Shown: positions 1 through 11,891 of the stretch, one piece after another | Numbering within the stretch: position 1 is the stretch's first letter | Layout: each line of letters starts with the position of its first letter | Source: Mobula hypostoma | Lineage: Eukaryota | Length of the DNA: 64,000 nucleotides | Reading direction: 5' to 3' | Assembly: GCF_963921235.1 (NCBI RefSeq) | Contig: NC_086097.1 | Coordinates: 73,224,001-73,288,000 of the forward strand | Notes under the pieces: generated by a model | Seen by the model: the letters and a program-made list of their open reading frames with translations, nothing else | Databases searched by the model: none | What the model was told of the DNA's origin: nothing | Translations under genes and position numbers: made by a program

Positions 1-1452
1 ACAAATCCATGCTGACTTTGTCCGATCATTTCACCGCTTTCCAAATGTGCTGTTATCACATCCTTGATAACTGACTCCAGCATTTTCCCCACCACCGACG
101 TTAGGCTAACCGGTCTATAATTCCCCGGTTTCTCTCTCCCTCCTTTTTTAAAAAGTGGAGTTACATTAGCCACCCTCCAATCCTCTGGAACTAGTCCAGA
201 ATCTAACGAGTTTTGAAAAATTATCACTAATGCATCCACTATTTCTTGGGCTACTTCCTTAAGCACTCTAGGATGCAGACCATCTGGCCCTGGGGATTTA
301 TCTGCCTTCAATCCCTTCAATTTACTAACACCACTTCCCTACTAACATGTATTTCGCTCAGTTCCTCCATCTCATTGGACCCTCTATCCCCTACTATTTC
401 TGGAAGATTATTTATGTCCTCCTTAGTGAAGACAGAACCAGAGTAATTATTCAATTGGTCTGCCATGTCCTTGCTCCCCATAATCAATTCACCTGTTTCT
501 GTCTGCAGGGGACCTACATTTGTCTTTACCAGTCTTTTCCTTTTTACATATCTATAAAAGCTTTTACAGTCCGTTTTTATGTTCCCTGCCAGTTTTCTCT
601 CATAATCTTTTTTCCCCTTCCTAATTAAGCCCTTTGTCCTCCTCTGCTGAACTCTGAATTTCTCCCAGTCCTCAGGTGAGCCACTTTCTCTGGCTAATTT
701 GTATGCTTCTTCTTTGGAATTGATACTATCCCTAATTTCTCTTGTCAGCCACGGGTGCACTACCTTCCTTGATTTATTCTTTTGCCAAACTGGGTGAACA
801 ATTGTTGTAGTTCATCCATGCAACCTTTAAATGCTTGCCATTGCATATCCACCGTCAATCCTTTAAGTGTCATTTGCCAGTCTATCTTAGCTAATTCACG
901 TCTCATACCTTCAAAGTTACCCCTCTTTAAGTTCAGAACCTTTGTTTCTGAATTAACTATGTCACTCTCCATCTTAATGAAGAATTCCACCATATTATGG
1001 TCACTCTTACCCAAAGGGCCTCTCACGACAAGATCGCTAATTAACCCTTCCTCATTGCTAAAAACCCAGTCCAGAATAGCCTGCTCTCTAGTTGGTTCCT
1101 CGACACGTTGGTTCAAAAAACCATCCCGCATACATTCCAAGAAATCCTCTTCCTCAGCACCTTTACCAATTTAGTTCACCCAATCTACATGTAGATTGAA
1201 GTCACCCATTATAGCTGCTTTTCCTTTATTGCACACATTTCTAATTTCCTGTTTAATACCATCTCCGACCTCACTACTACTGTTAGGTGGCCTGTACACA
1301 ACTCCCACCAGCGTCTTCTGCCCCTTAGTGTTACGCAGCTCTACCCATATCGATTCCACATCTTCCCGGCTTATGTCCTTCCTTTCTATTGCGTTAATCT
1401 CTTCTTTAACCAGCAATGCCACCCCACCTCCCCTTCCTTCATGTCTATCCCT
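1..1452 (-). mobile_element. CR1-type LINE ORF2 fragment (APE endonuclease, linker, start of RT), frameshifted; runs off window start
   Basis: Minus-strand ORF pieces: GGGVALLVKE, VGVVYRPP, IMGDFNLH (1171-1512), EEPTREQAILDWV...GKSDHNMVEF (760-1140), KSFYRYVKRKR (317-760). These are typical CR1 motifs. Confidence 0.92.
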
Positions 1453-1844
1453 GTTATTGATACAGGAAGCATGGTGACACTTGCGGGATGCCCCCAGCAC
1501 ATCCTTGGGCACAAGCTACACCTTTCCCTTTAGGTTTCAATGTTTCGTTGTACATGTGACAAACAAAGCTGATCTTTAACCGTATTTAATGATTGCTTTA
1601 TAATTGAGTCACTTTGTAGACAAAGGTGGGTCATTATCTTCCTCTGCTTCCTTATCATGCTGATCTTCTTCAGAGAGTTCTGAATTATTTCCTTGCAGTC
1701 CCATCCCATCTTGTGAAGTAGGCAAAGAAAATACAGGTAAATTGATGCCATCCATTGTATTTAATTCAATCAAATTGATTGGGTACTTTCTGGCTTGATG
1801 TTGGGAAATTTGGGTGCACAGAGAGATGTGGACATTTAAAGGAG

Positions 1845-2870
1845 AAACATACAAAATGCTGGAGCATCTATGAAAATGGATAAATAGTTGATGTTTCGTG
1901 CCAAGATCTTTTATTGGGACTGGAAAGGAAGTGGGAAGATGCCAGAATAAAACGATGGTGAGAGGACCAGTTAGAATGTAATGGGTGAAGCCACATGGGT
2001 GGAAAAGGTGAAGCTGGAGAAGAAGGAATCTGAAAGGAGAAGAGAGTGGACCATGCAGCAAAGAGAATGGACATCAGGGGGAGGTGATAGGCAGATGAGG
2101 AGAAGAGATGAGAGGCCAGAGTGGAGAATAGAAGAAAAGGAACAAGGAGGGGAAAATTAAAAAAAAGTTTTTAAAAAAGCAGAATCGGGTTGGAGATGAC
2201 CTAGACAGAATATGAAGTGTTGCTCCTCTACCCTGAGAGTGGCCTCATCATGGCAGAAGAGGATGCTATGGACCGCCATGTTGGAACGGGAATGGGGATG
2301 GGAATTAAAATGCTTTGTCACAGGGAAATTCCACTTTTTGGCAGATGGAGTGGAGATGCTCGATAAAGTGGTACCCAGTTTATGTCGGGTCTCATTAATG
2401 TAGAAGAGGGCTGCATCGGGAGCAGCAGATACAATTGATAACCCCAATATATTTGCAAGTGATGTGTTGCCTCACCTGGAAGGACTGTTTGCAGCCCTGA
2501 ATGGAGTTGAAGGAGGAGGTTAATGAGCAAGTGTTACATGTACTAGCTTGTAGGGAGAAGTCCCAGAAAGGAGATTAATGTGGAGGGAGAATGGACAAGG
2601 GAGTCACAATGGGAGCGGTTCCTCTGGAGAGTAGGGGCAGGGGTGGGGGAGAACTGATGATGTGTTTGGTAGTAGGATCCAGTTGAAGATGGTGGAAGTT
2701 ACAGAGAATAATGTGTTGGATGCGGAGGCTCATGGGTTGGTAGGTGAGGACAAGAGGAACTCTATCCCTGCTAAGGTGGCGGGAAGATGGAGTAAGTGAG
2801 GATGTTCAGGAAATGGAGGAGATGCTGGTGAGTGCAGCATCAATGTTGGAGGAAGGGAAACATTGTTCCT
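1845..2870 (-). mobile_element. Penelope-like element (PLE) 3' part: end of RT, GIY-YIG endonuclease, 3' terminal repeat with decayed hammerhead
   Basis: ORF 2157-2447 reads FYINETRHKLG...PVTKHFNSHPHS...HDEATLRVEEQHFIFCLGHLQPD, a PLE GIY-YIG C-terminus. The terminal sequence matches other PLE ends in the window. Confidence 0.88.
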
Positions 2871-2944
2871 TAATATATGAACATTTTACAAGATATTAAT
2901 TCCTCTTAAATTTATAAAATAAATTCTCACCATCACTGCTATAC

Positions 2945-3760
2945 ATGTTCTGGATGTTGAATGACATCACCATGGTGCACCAGTGATGAAGAATGAATAC
3001 CTATGGTGGTAGGTGAGGTACTAAACAGGTGGGTTGCTTTGACCTTGATGGCGTAGTACTTTAACCTTCCCTTGGCATGCCTTACTGATGGTCCAGAGCC
3101 CTGTGCCCTAGGGAGCTGCAGAAGATCCAGCCTGTGAATTACTACATTAGCCACGGTGTTTTTTTTTGTGGCTTATCCAATTATGTTTAATGATTACATC
3201 TAGAATCATTTTGGTGGAGAACTTTACAATGGTAAACTCTTAAGGTCGTTAAACCTCCTTTCATTACAAATGCTTTTTGCCTTGTACTTTAGTGATATCT
3301 GTCACTTTCCAGCTTTTTCCTGGATGCGTCGATATTACTGCTTCTGCAGATAGACTGCTCCATTAACTACGGAATTATGCTGAAAGTGAAGATTGTGCAA
3401 TTGTCAATGAACTCTCCTTTCCTTCTGACCTTGCTGATGGATGGAAGATCACTGGAGAGACAGCTGGATGAGGTCAACATTAGCACTTCTGTACTGATGC
3501 CCTAGAATTGAGATTAGTATTCAACAAAAAGAACTGTGTTCCTTACATCTCAGTAAAAGTCCAGCCACTTGCGAACTTTCCTACTGATTCATCTTGTCAG
3601 TGACTTTACAAGGGTATCTTAATGATGCATTTGGTCAAAGGGTGTTGTGAGCTCCAGGAGCAGTCAGTCACAACTTACCTGTTGGACTTCAGCTCCTTTT
3701 TTCATCATTAGACAAACTACAGTAATGCAATTGGCTACCGCATTGTTTAGATGGAACCTA
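2945..3760 (-). mobile_element. Highly decayed ancient non-LTR retrotransposon RT remnant
   Basis: Recognised only as degenerate similarity to a recalled shark/ray LINE RT region (e.g. GGTCAAAGGGTGTTGTGAGCTCCAGGAGCAGTC near 3633). No intact ORF. Confidence 0.45.
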
Positions 3761-4971
3761 AACTGAGCAGGAACAAGTAATATGTTAGTAGGTAAGCACT
3801 GATCGATATTATTCTCCATCTTAAGACCACATTGATACCAGCAATAGCAGCCAATTGGTCAGATTTGATTTGTCCTCGATTTGCTTCTGTCAACAAATCC
3901 AGTTTCCCACTAAGAGATGTCAGCATTATATTTCTACTGAATTGGTTAGCTGGAGATTCCACAAGCTGTAGAGCACAACATTTTAAGATTTTATCCTGAA
4001 TGTTAAGCTAAACATTTGCTGTCTCCTGAAAGTGATCTAATCTTGTTATCACAAACGAATTCAGTTGGCTTTTATGACGATGGACTTGGGAACAGTCTGA
4101 AACATATTCACTTGAAGAAATGTGTTTGCAGATGTTTGTGGAGAAGGACGTACATGATGTCTTTTCGCCCTGTTTGTTGCTCAGTTATCCATCACCACAC
4201 ATTATTGCATTGTGCAGACTGCAGAGTTTTGTGTTAATTAACGCTACCTGTTTTTCACTGTTGCTGCAGTTTCTCCTGCATGTATTGTAGCCTCACCAGG
4301 CAAACAATTGATTTTATACTTTATTATATGTAATTTTCCACTCTTGATGGAAATAAAGTGAAGAAAAATTATCTGTCCTGAACTATAAATTATGTCAGCA
4401 TAAATATTTGTTGTTGACATAGATTTGGAAGCCTAGATGTGAATTATTAATTCTGTGGAGTCAGATCCAATTAATATGATAATCAGCAACACAGAGTAGC
4501 TTCACTGTGAGGATAGGATCTTCTACCCTGTTACATTTCAACTTGTGTCATTGTGAAGAGATGCATCTCTGTTCAGCTGGACAAGTTCAAGCAGAATTTT
4601 CTTTTGTGTAGTTCTTTCAAGGAGTACAACAGACAAGTTCCAGCAGTTAATGCCCTTCAATCTTTATCAACACCATTTCCATTACTGCAGCTGAGGGATC
4701 CTTGAAGTTCCCTGTCCTTGAGTTTGTTTCCTGTCCTTAATTTTGTTACTGCTGTTTTGTTATTGAGGTAGACTGAGGATTGGTTAAGTAGCATGTATCC
4801 TTGACCTGATTTTGAAACTTCAATGCTTATTAATCGATGCTTATTAGTCAATGCACATAATTTTCTTTTCTGTGTGCTTGTGTTATCTGCTGTGGCATGG
4901 AATCCCAGAGTTGATAAAGGAAGCACTTGTGAATTTTGGTTGCAAATGTGATTACTTGAATGACAGGTTAT

Positions 4972-5207
4972 TGTTGTATATTTAATGTTTCAGAAATGTT
5001 TCAGTAATATTGTTAATGTATTTGATTAAGCATTTTGTTTTTTACATAATTACGGGCTATATGTAATAGTATGTGAATGACATAAGTTACTATGCCACTG
5101 TGTCATAAATGCGCACCTTACTAAAGTAAAACAAAACTAACGCACACGCATTCCAGACCCCCTTGTTTTTCTTTTCGTTAATTTTGTTTTGGAGTTACAA
5201 AACAACA
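4972..5207. mobile_element. Short solo LTR (~236 bp)
   Basis: Starts TGTTGT and ends ACAACA (6-bp inverted termini, TG...CA). Flanked by GTTAT / GTTCT, a near-perfect 5-bp TSD. Confidence 0.7.
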
Positions 5208-5210
5208 GTT

Positions 5211-5700
5211 CTTGGAGGAACAACACCTTATATACCGTCTGGGTAGCCTCCAACCTGATGGCATGAATATTGACTTTTCTAACTTCCGTTAATGTCCCAC
5301 CTCCCCCTCGTACCCCGTCCATTATTTATTATTATTATAAAATGTATATATCTTTTCTCTCTTTTTCTCCCTCTGTCCCTCATACTATACTCCTTGCCCA
5401 TCCTCTGGGCTTCCCCCCTCCCCTTTCTTTCTCCCTAGGACTCCCGTCCCATGATCCTCTCCCTTCTCCAGCCTCGTATCCCTTTTGCCAATCAACTTTC
5501 CAGCTGTCAGCTCCATCCCGCCCCCTCCTGTCTTCTCCTATCATTTTGGATCTCCCCCTCCCCCTCCCACTTTCAAATCTCTTACTATCTCTTCTTTCGG
5601 TTAGTCCTGATGAAGAGTCTCGGCCCGAAACGTCGACTGTACCTCTTCCTATGGATGCTGCCTGGCCTGCTGCGTTCACCAGCAATTTTTATGTGAATTC
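5211..5700 (+). mobile_element. PLE 3' end (GIY-YIG tail, pyrimidine-rich 3' UTR, terminal repeat with hammerhead)
   Basis: 5212 onward translates LEEQHLIYRLGSLQPDGMNIDFSNFR*. The downstream part is a close reverse-complement match to 36715-37110. Confidence 0.9.
5603..5638 (+). ncRNA. Minimal type I hammerhead ribozyme motif (PLE-associated)
   Basis: AGTC-CTGATGA-A-GAGT(CTCG)GCCC-GAAAC-GTC-GACT. Stem I AGTC/GACT, intact core, palindromic ACGT stem III, GUC cleavage triplet. One A-C mismatch in stem II. Confidence 0.8.
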
Positions 5701-6900
5701 TTGCCTTTAATGTTCTGGTAATCAGCCCTTCCCAAATTTGGAATAAACCTTCAGATTCTTTTTTCACTTAGTTTTAGAATCTAGACGTGGACAAACCTAA
5801 TTGCACAGACTTAATTGCCTTTGAGAAGGTTGTGATAAGCTGTCACCTTGAACTGCTGAAGGTAGATTTACAATGCTGTTGAGGGGGTTCTGAGATTGGC
5901 ATTACATTTCCAAGTGAGGAAGGTATGTGACTTGGAGGGAACTTTCAGGTGGTGATATTAGTAATCAAGACTTAGCAATATTTATTTGGCAGGGTGTACT
6001 TTGTGTTCAAATCCACTTCCTAGTAGGTAATGTCTATTCTAATTGTGTGTAATTACTTTGGATTTCTGGATCATTTCAGTGGGCAGTTCATTAAGTTGTG
6101 TGGTCAGATCATGTTATCCAGACTTCCTTCTCTCTATGACATTAGTAGACCTTATAAATCAGTTTTATGCACTTTTCTTTATTCCATTTAATAGGACACA
6201 GGTCCCATGATTCCTGATGGGATTTGAACTCATGAATCCAGATTGTTACTTCAAACAGTGAATCGAAGTGTAACTACTGTGTTACTGTTCTCTGCTACAA
6301 AGACAAGTCTGTAGATTTTTCAGAACCTTATTTCAATGATTTGTCTGAGGTGACTAAATGCTATCTTTCCAAATTTGCAGATGAGACTGGGTGGGAATGC
6401 GAACACAGGGATATATAAAGAGAATTTGGGGGATGTAGACAATTTACTGAGTGAACAAGAACATGGCAGATGGAATATAACGTGAAAAATGAGGTAACCT
6501 ACTCTGAATAAAACAAAAAGAATCGTCATTTTAAAAAAATGTTGTGTGATTTAAGTAGTGCAATGGTCAAAAGGATTTGGATGTGCTCATACTCAAGTCA
6601 CTGGAAACCAAAGTAGGTGCAATAATGATCCCTTGTCAGCATAAATTCCCCTGGATCACTTGTTCCTTCAGCATTCCAAAGATACGCTTTCAATTTAATA
6701 AGGTTCTGAAAGTGATCCATTTTGTAGAATGTGAACAAAGACTCATCAGTGAGTGAATGGTGATATGAAAGAAGTTTCGAGCTTTGCTTTGAACCATGGT
6801 GAACTCAGTTGACTGAATAGGTCTGCTGTGCTGTAGTAAGTTAATGAATGATTACAAAGGGAAGTGGTACATTAATCATTGTTACAAGAGGACTTGAATT

Positions 6901-7588
6901 AGATTATGAGAACACTCAGTCCTCTTTTATTGTCATTTAGAAATGCATAAGTACATTAAGAAATGATACAATGTTTCTCCAGAGTGATGTCACAGAAAAC
7001 AAAACAAGACAGACCAAAGAGTAACACTGACAGAACCACATAATTATGACATATAGTTACAGCAGTGCAAAGCAATACCATAATTTGATAAAGAACAGAC
7101 CATAGGCACAGGAAAAAAGATGTCTCAAAGTCCCCGAGTCCCCGATAGCAGGCAGCAAAAGGGTGAAACTCCCTGCCATAAACCTCCAGGCACCGTCAAC
7201 TTGCCGATACCTTGGAAGCAGCCGACCCCAACCGACCCTGAGTCCATCTGTCCGAAAACTCCGAGCTTTCGAGCAGCCCCTTCGGTACAGCCTCCTGAGC
7301 GCCATCCTCTGCTGAGCGCCTTCATCTCTCCCCGGCCGCTGAAACACGCAAAGCCGAGGATTTCGAAGCCTTCAGCTCCGGAGATTCCGGTTACCACACA
7401 GTAGCAGTGGTAGCAAAGCAGGCATTTCAGAAGTTTTCCAGATGTTCCGCTGTGCTCTCACATCTGTCTCCATCAATCAGGATTGTGCACGGTCCCCTAC
7501 TTGACAAATAACAGATATTCATCACCGAAGTGGCCACGCGCGCTGTCATCGCGCCGCCATCTTCTCCCCCCTCCTGGGAGGGGCAGGA
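6901..7588 (-). mobile_element. Non-autonomous LINE-dependent retroelement (SINE-like), GC-rich head, Rex1-like tail
   Basis: Flanked by GAATT direct repeats (6896-6900, 7589-7593) within the CR1. The minus strand starts with GGAGAAGATGGCGGCGCG. The 3' end has AAATGACAATAAAA, as does the LINE tail at 58499-58530. Confidence 0.65.
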
Positions 7589-7610
7589 GAATTCAGAAGT
7601 GACAAAGCTT

Positions 7611-7804
7611 TACTATAGTTATGTTTGGTCTTGGTGAAACTTCACATATTTTGTTAATGATTTGATGACCTTATCCAAGATGTGGTTGTTATTGAGGAAG
7701 TGTTACAAAGACACTTCCTCAACAGCAACCACATCTTGGATAAGGGCATCAAATCGTTAACAAAATATGTGAAGTTTCACCAAGACCAAACACAACTTAT
7801 AGTA
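7611..7804. repeat. Long near-perfect inverted repeat (~93-bp arms, 7-nt loop)
   Basis: 7711-7804 is the reverse complement of 7611-7703, with few substitutions and one 1-nt indel. Loop is TACAAAG. Confidence 0.95.
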
Positions 7805-8240
7805 CTTGATTTGCTTCAAAGGACAGAGCATTTGCCACATGAGGAGAGACTGCATAAATTAGGTATGCATTATCTGGAGTTTAGACAAGGGGGATGATAT
7901 CTCACCCACAACCTCAAAAATAATTCTCACACATCTTAATAGTTTGGATGGTGAGAGAATGTTCTGTCTGTCTTATAAGTTTAGAAACAAAGATCGCTAT
8001 TTTGGTAGCGTATTTAGGGTTGAAGTGAGTAATGCCTTCACTCAGGGGGCAGTGAGTATTTGGGATCTTTTGCCTTAGGGCTATGAAAGTTCTATTATCA
8101 AGTTAATTCAGAACAGAGGTGGATAAATTTCTCTATATCAATGGATATGGGGATGGTGCAAGAAAGTGATTTGCCTCAAGGCCAGCCATGATATTGATGA
8201 ATGACAGAACATTTCAAAAGGCTGGAAAGTGCTCCTGTTT

Positions 8241-8570
8241 CATAGACCATTGAACAGCACAGACCAGGAACACGCCTCATGGCCCACAATGATGGGCCAA
8301 GCTAATTAAATTAGTAATTAAATGCCTAACTGAACTGATCCCTTCTGCCAGTACAATGTTCGTATCTCTTCATTCTCTGCACATTCATATGCTCATGGAA
8401 GAGCCGCTTAAATGTTTCTGTGATATCTTCATCCACTACAGGCCCTGGCAGAACATTTCAGCTGCCCACTACTCTATATTTTAAGTTTTAAAAATGCCTT
8501 GCACATTTCCTTTCAACTTAACCCTCTCCTCCTGGTTTTAGACATCAAACCCAGGGGAAAAGATGTTTTA
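8241..8570 (-). mobile_element. CR1 3' end fragment
   Basis: CATAGACCATTGAACAGCACAGACCAGG...GGCCCACAATG resembles the reverse complement of the CR1 tail seen at 58440-58498. Confidence 0.6.
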
Positions 8571-9153
8571 TATGGTCAATATTTCTGTTCCGTAATATAT
8601 GGCCCTTGCCCATTATTACTATGAGTTGCAATATGACTTCTCTTGGGGCTCATTCTGTGTCAGTTTTCACAATGTATGTTGGAGAAAGAAACACTAACTT
8701 CAGCAAGTATGTACTAATTCATTTCTACATTTTGGTTGGTTCTACATTCTACATTCATTGGATATTCTGAAAACTTACCAAAACTCAACACTCAACAAAA
8801 TAGAAAGGTGTATATTTTTTCACTCAGTATAATAATCGTCATAGACATTGCACTGTGTGTGTGTATTTATATTTATATAAATGAGTAAATAATGTAGAGA
8901 AGCATTTATTCTTGGGGGGGGGGGGAATGATGGTTATTCATATATCTTACAAGAGAATGAAGTAATTTTGATAGGCAGATTACCCAGCACCTAAGCAAAG
9001 TTTGAACATGCATTGGCCAAATAATATCTGATAGTTGTTTTCCTTTGCCATAATCTGATGTCACAAGGTGGATGAAGATGAAAGTCAAAATCTTCGAAGT
9101 GTTGCACCGGAGTTTGATGGGCAGGTTTTCCACTTTCACAAATCTGGGTGTTA

Positions 9154-9680
9154 CATAGAAAATAGAACATATTACAGTGCAGGTCTTTCAACCCACAATC
9201 TTCTTCAGACCTTTTATCCTACTCTAAGATCAACCTGACTCCACATAGACCTCCATTTTCCTATCATCCATGTGCCTATTTAAGTGTCTTTTCAACATCT
9301 GTAATGTATCTGCCTCTATCGCCACTGCTGCTGTGCCTTCCATGCACTCTCCACTTTGTGTGGAAAAAAAACTTAACTCTGACATACCCCCAATCCTTTC
9401 CTTCAATCACCTTTAAAGATTATGCCCCCTTTTATTAGCTATTCCGATTGTGGGGAAAAAGTCTCTGGCTATCCACTCGATCTATGGCTCTTGTACACCT
9501 TTGTCAAGTCACCTCTCATCCTTCTTAGTTCCATACAGAAAAGCCCCATCTCACACAACCTACCCACAGAAGAGGTTCTCCAATCCAGGCAGCAACCTGG
9601 TTAATCTCCTGTGCACTGTCTCTGAATTTTACCCTTCCTTCCTTCCTATAACAAGGCAACCAAAGTTGAACACAGTATTT
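9154..9680 (-). mobile_element. CR1 3' end fragment
   Basis: Reverse-complement similarity to the CR1 3' region at 19400-19785 and 58000-58498 (e.g. CTTGTACACC...CAAGTCACCTCTCATCCTTC). Confidence 0.7.
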
Positions 9681-10029
9681 CAAGTGCAAGGTAAATTTAT
9701 TATCAAAATAAAGCTATCTCACCACATACAACACTGAGATTTATTTTCTTGTAGGTGTACTCAATAGACCCAAGAAACACAATAAAATCAGTGAAAGTCT
9801 GCACCCAGCAGGGCGGACAAACAATCAATGTGCGAAAGACAGCAATATGCGCAAATATAGTCTGCTCTTTGTACCAGATCCAATATGGCCTCTCCTCTAG
9901 TCAGCCTTGTCTACATATTGTGTCAAGAATCCTTCCTAGACACACCAAATAAACTCTGTTAACGTTGACCTTTTAGTAATTGACCCTGGACTGTTTTGGT
10001 AACACAAATAGTGTCGGTTTCTGAGGGGG

Positions 10030-10395
10030 CAGAGTCATACAGCACAGAAACGGGCCCTACAGCCCAATTTAACCAAGTCAGACAAGTCACCTCATTAACC
10101 TGGAACCATTTGTCTGTATTTGACCTATACCTCTATTATCTTTTCCTATTCGTGTGTCTGCAAAATGTCTTTTGTACGTAATAATTGTATCTCCCTCTAC
10201 CACTTCCTCTGGCAACTCTTTCCATACATGCGCCACCTTCTGTGTGTGGAGATAACATTGCCACTCAGGTCCCTTTTAAAATTTTCCTTTCTCACCTTGA
10301 AGCTATCCCTTCTAGTTTTTGACTCCCCTAAACTGGGGGGAAAACTGTGACTATTGAACTTGTCCATTTCTTTCATGATCTGGTTGATAACATCT
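10030..10395 (-). mobile_element. CR1 3' end fragment
   Basis: AGAGTCATACAGCACAGAAACGGGCCCT start and CACTTCCTCTGGCAACTCTTTCCATAC match the reverse complement of CR1 tails. Confidence 0.6.
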
Positions 10396-11463
10396 CATTT
10401 TTTTTTACAGGAAGAAATTGAACTCATCAGGACTTTAATACAATAACATTATTTTCGCTTTTCAAATGAGTTATTGGCCACTTAGCTATTAGAATAATGA
10501 CCAAAAATATTGAGCCTGCTCCAACTACCAAAAGGTATATTAAGCATGGAATTGAAATTGCAGATAATTGGGACACAGTTAAACAATATGGTCTGAATTT
10601 TGAGCTATATCAGGCTAATATTTTCAATCTATTACAATGAAGGTAATGATGCTTGCCATTATGTACGTAAGATGCAGCTCCCTCAGGCATGTTGTATTGT
10701 TAAAAAGTTTCTCCCTGGGCTATTCTGCATTGTATTTATAATGCAGGTGTACTGTCTACTTCATCAATGAATGGTGTGAAGTTGCTGCAGTTCGACCCTA
10801 GATCATAGTAAAACCTGCTTTCTGTCATTTAAATGTAACTAATATAATTACCATTTAATACCATTGGTGATGTCTGGTTTTAATTTGTTTCTGTGGATTT
10901 AGATTTTGAAAGATTACAAATGTAAAATTTCAAAAATAAAACTACCTGACTTTTTCAGTTTTCCCTTTATTTCTTAGTCTAATAAACCTGTTCAATTTCT
11001 CTGTATTTGATCTCCTTTTTTGTCCTATCCAAATGTCTTCTAAATATCGGAATTGTGTCCATAAATGTTAAAATCTGAAATGAGACCTGAAGTGTTTCTG
11101 AGCTTTGAAACCTAAACAAAATATGAAACTCAAAATTTAATTAGTACATTATTTGGTCTGACAGTATGTTATTGTAACAATTGCATCACAGTAATGCAGT
11201 AATGTTTGTAAACAGTAGAAGGGTCACCTTATCAAATGCCAATGCTTGGATCAGAAAAGGGTTGACAACTTTCAAGTGCATAAATCAAGAACATTGGAAT
11301 GGGTGTGTACATTTGGGGTAAACACATGCTCCTCCTAGTGATTAGATAGCCATTGTGATTAGCAAAAAAATTAACATTATAATGATGGACTTCATAATTT
11401 ACAGTGAAATTTTAGGCAGTGCTCAACCTTTGACTCAAATTGTGCTTGTTGGTAATTTTAATA

Positions 11464-11891
11464 CAGGTCCACAATCCATTATCCAAAATCCTTGGGGCCA
11501 GTTGCATTTCGGAATTCAGAATTTTTCGGATTTCAGACCCCGCCCCCCCATACCAAAAAACACGTATGCTCAAGTCCCTTATTTAACCTGTCTCAGTGCG
11601 GTGGACTTTAGGACCCAGCGGCGCACCAAACCTATGCACATCCTCCTGTATACTTTAAATAATCTCTAGATTACTTATAATACCTAATACAATGTAAATG
11701 CTATGTAAATAATTGTAAATAACAGCAAATGCATGTGTAACCAATACGAGCACTGAGCCACAACTGACGTCTGGCGGCTTCTGCTAGTGCTGTCACATCA
11801 CACCTGAGTGATGTCAGCTGTTGGCGAAAAAAAACTTAGGCTTTCGGAGCTTTTTGGATTTCAGAATTTCGGATAAAGAAATGTGCAGCTG
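11464..11891. mobile_element. Tigger (pogo-type Tc1/mariner) MITE, apparently chimeric
   Basis: TA flanks both ends, with imperfect terminal inverted repeats (TIRs) CAGGTCCACAATCCATTATCCAAAAT / ATTTCGGATAAAGAAATGTGCAGCTG. Ends resemble the element at 57502. The interior resembles recalled MER2. Confidence 0.75.

Larger units (their letters stand above)
6300..8240 (+). mobile_element. Old CR1 LINE 3' portion, interrupted by a ~690-bp insertion and a fold-back duplication
   Basis: TCCAAATTTGCAGATGAG (SKFADE, a FADD-like RT motif) near 6368 and HEERLHKLGMHYLEFR (7682-7897 ORF). CR1-like 3' end near 8180-8240. Confidence 0.7.

Noticed and set aside
1609..1760. Acidic minus-strand peptide (ELSEEDQHDKEAEEDND) as a host exon
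   Set aside because: No recognisable homology or clear splice context. The upstream part of the ORF is PLE UTR.
5270..5767. Recurrent ORFs (MLVNAAGQAASIGRGTVDVSG...), also at 36669 and 37108
   Set aside because: They are sense and antisense translations of the repeated PLE non-coding terminus, not a gene family.
10395..10450. Strong splice-acceptor-like TTTTTTTTTACAG
   Set aside because: All three frames stop within ~12 codons and no donor is evident.
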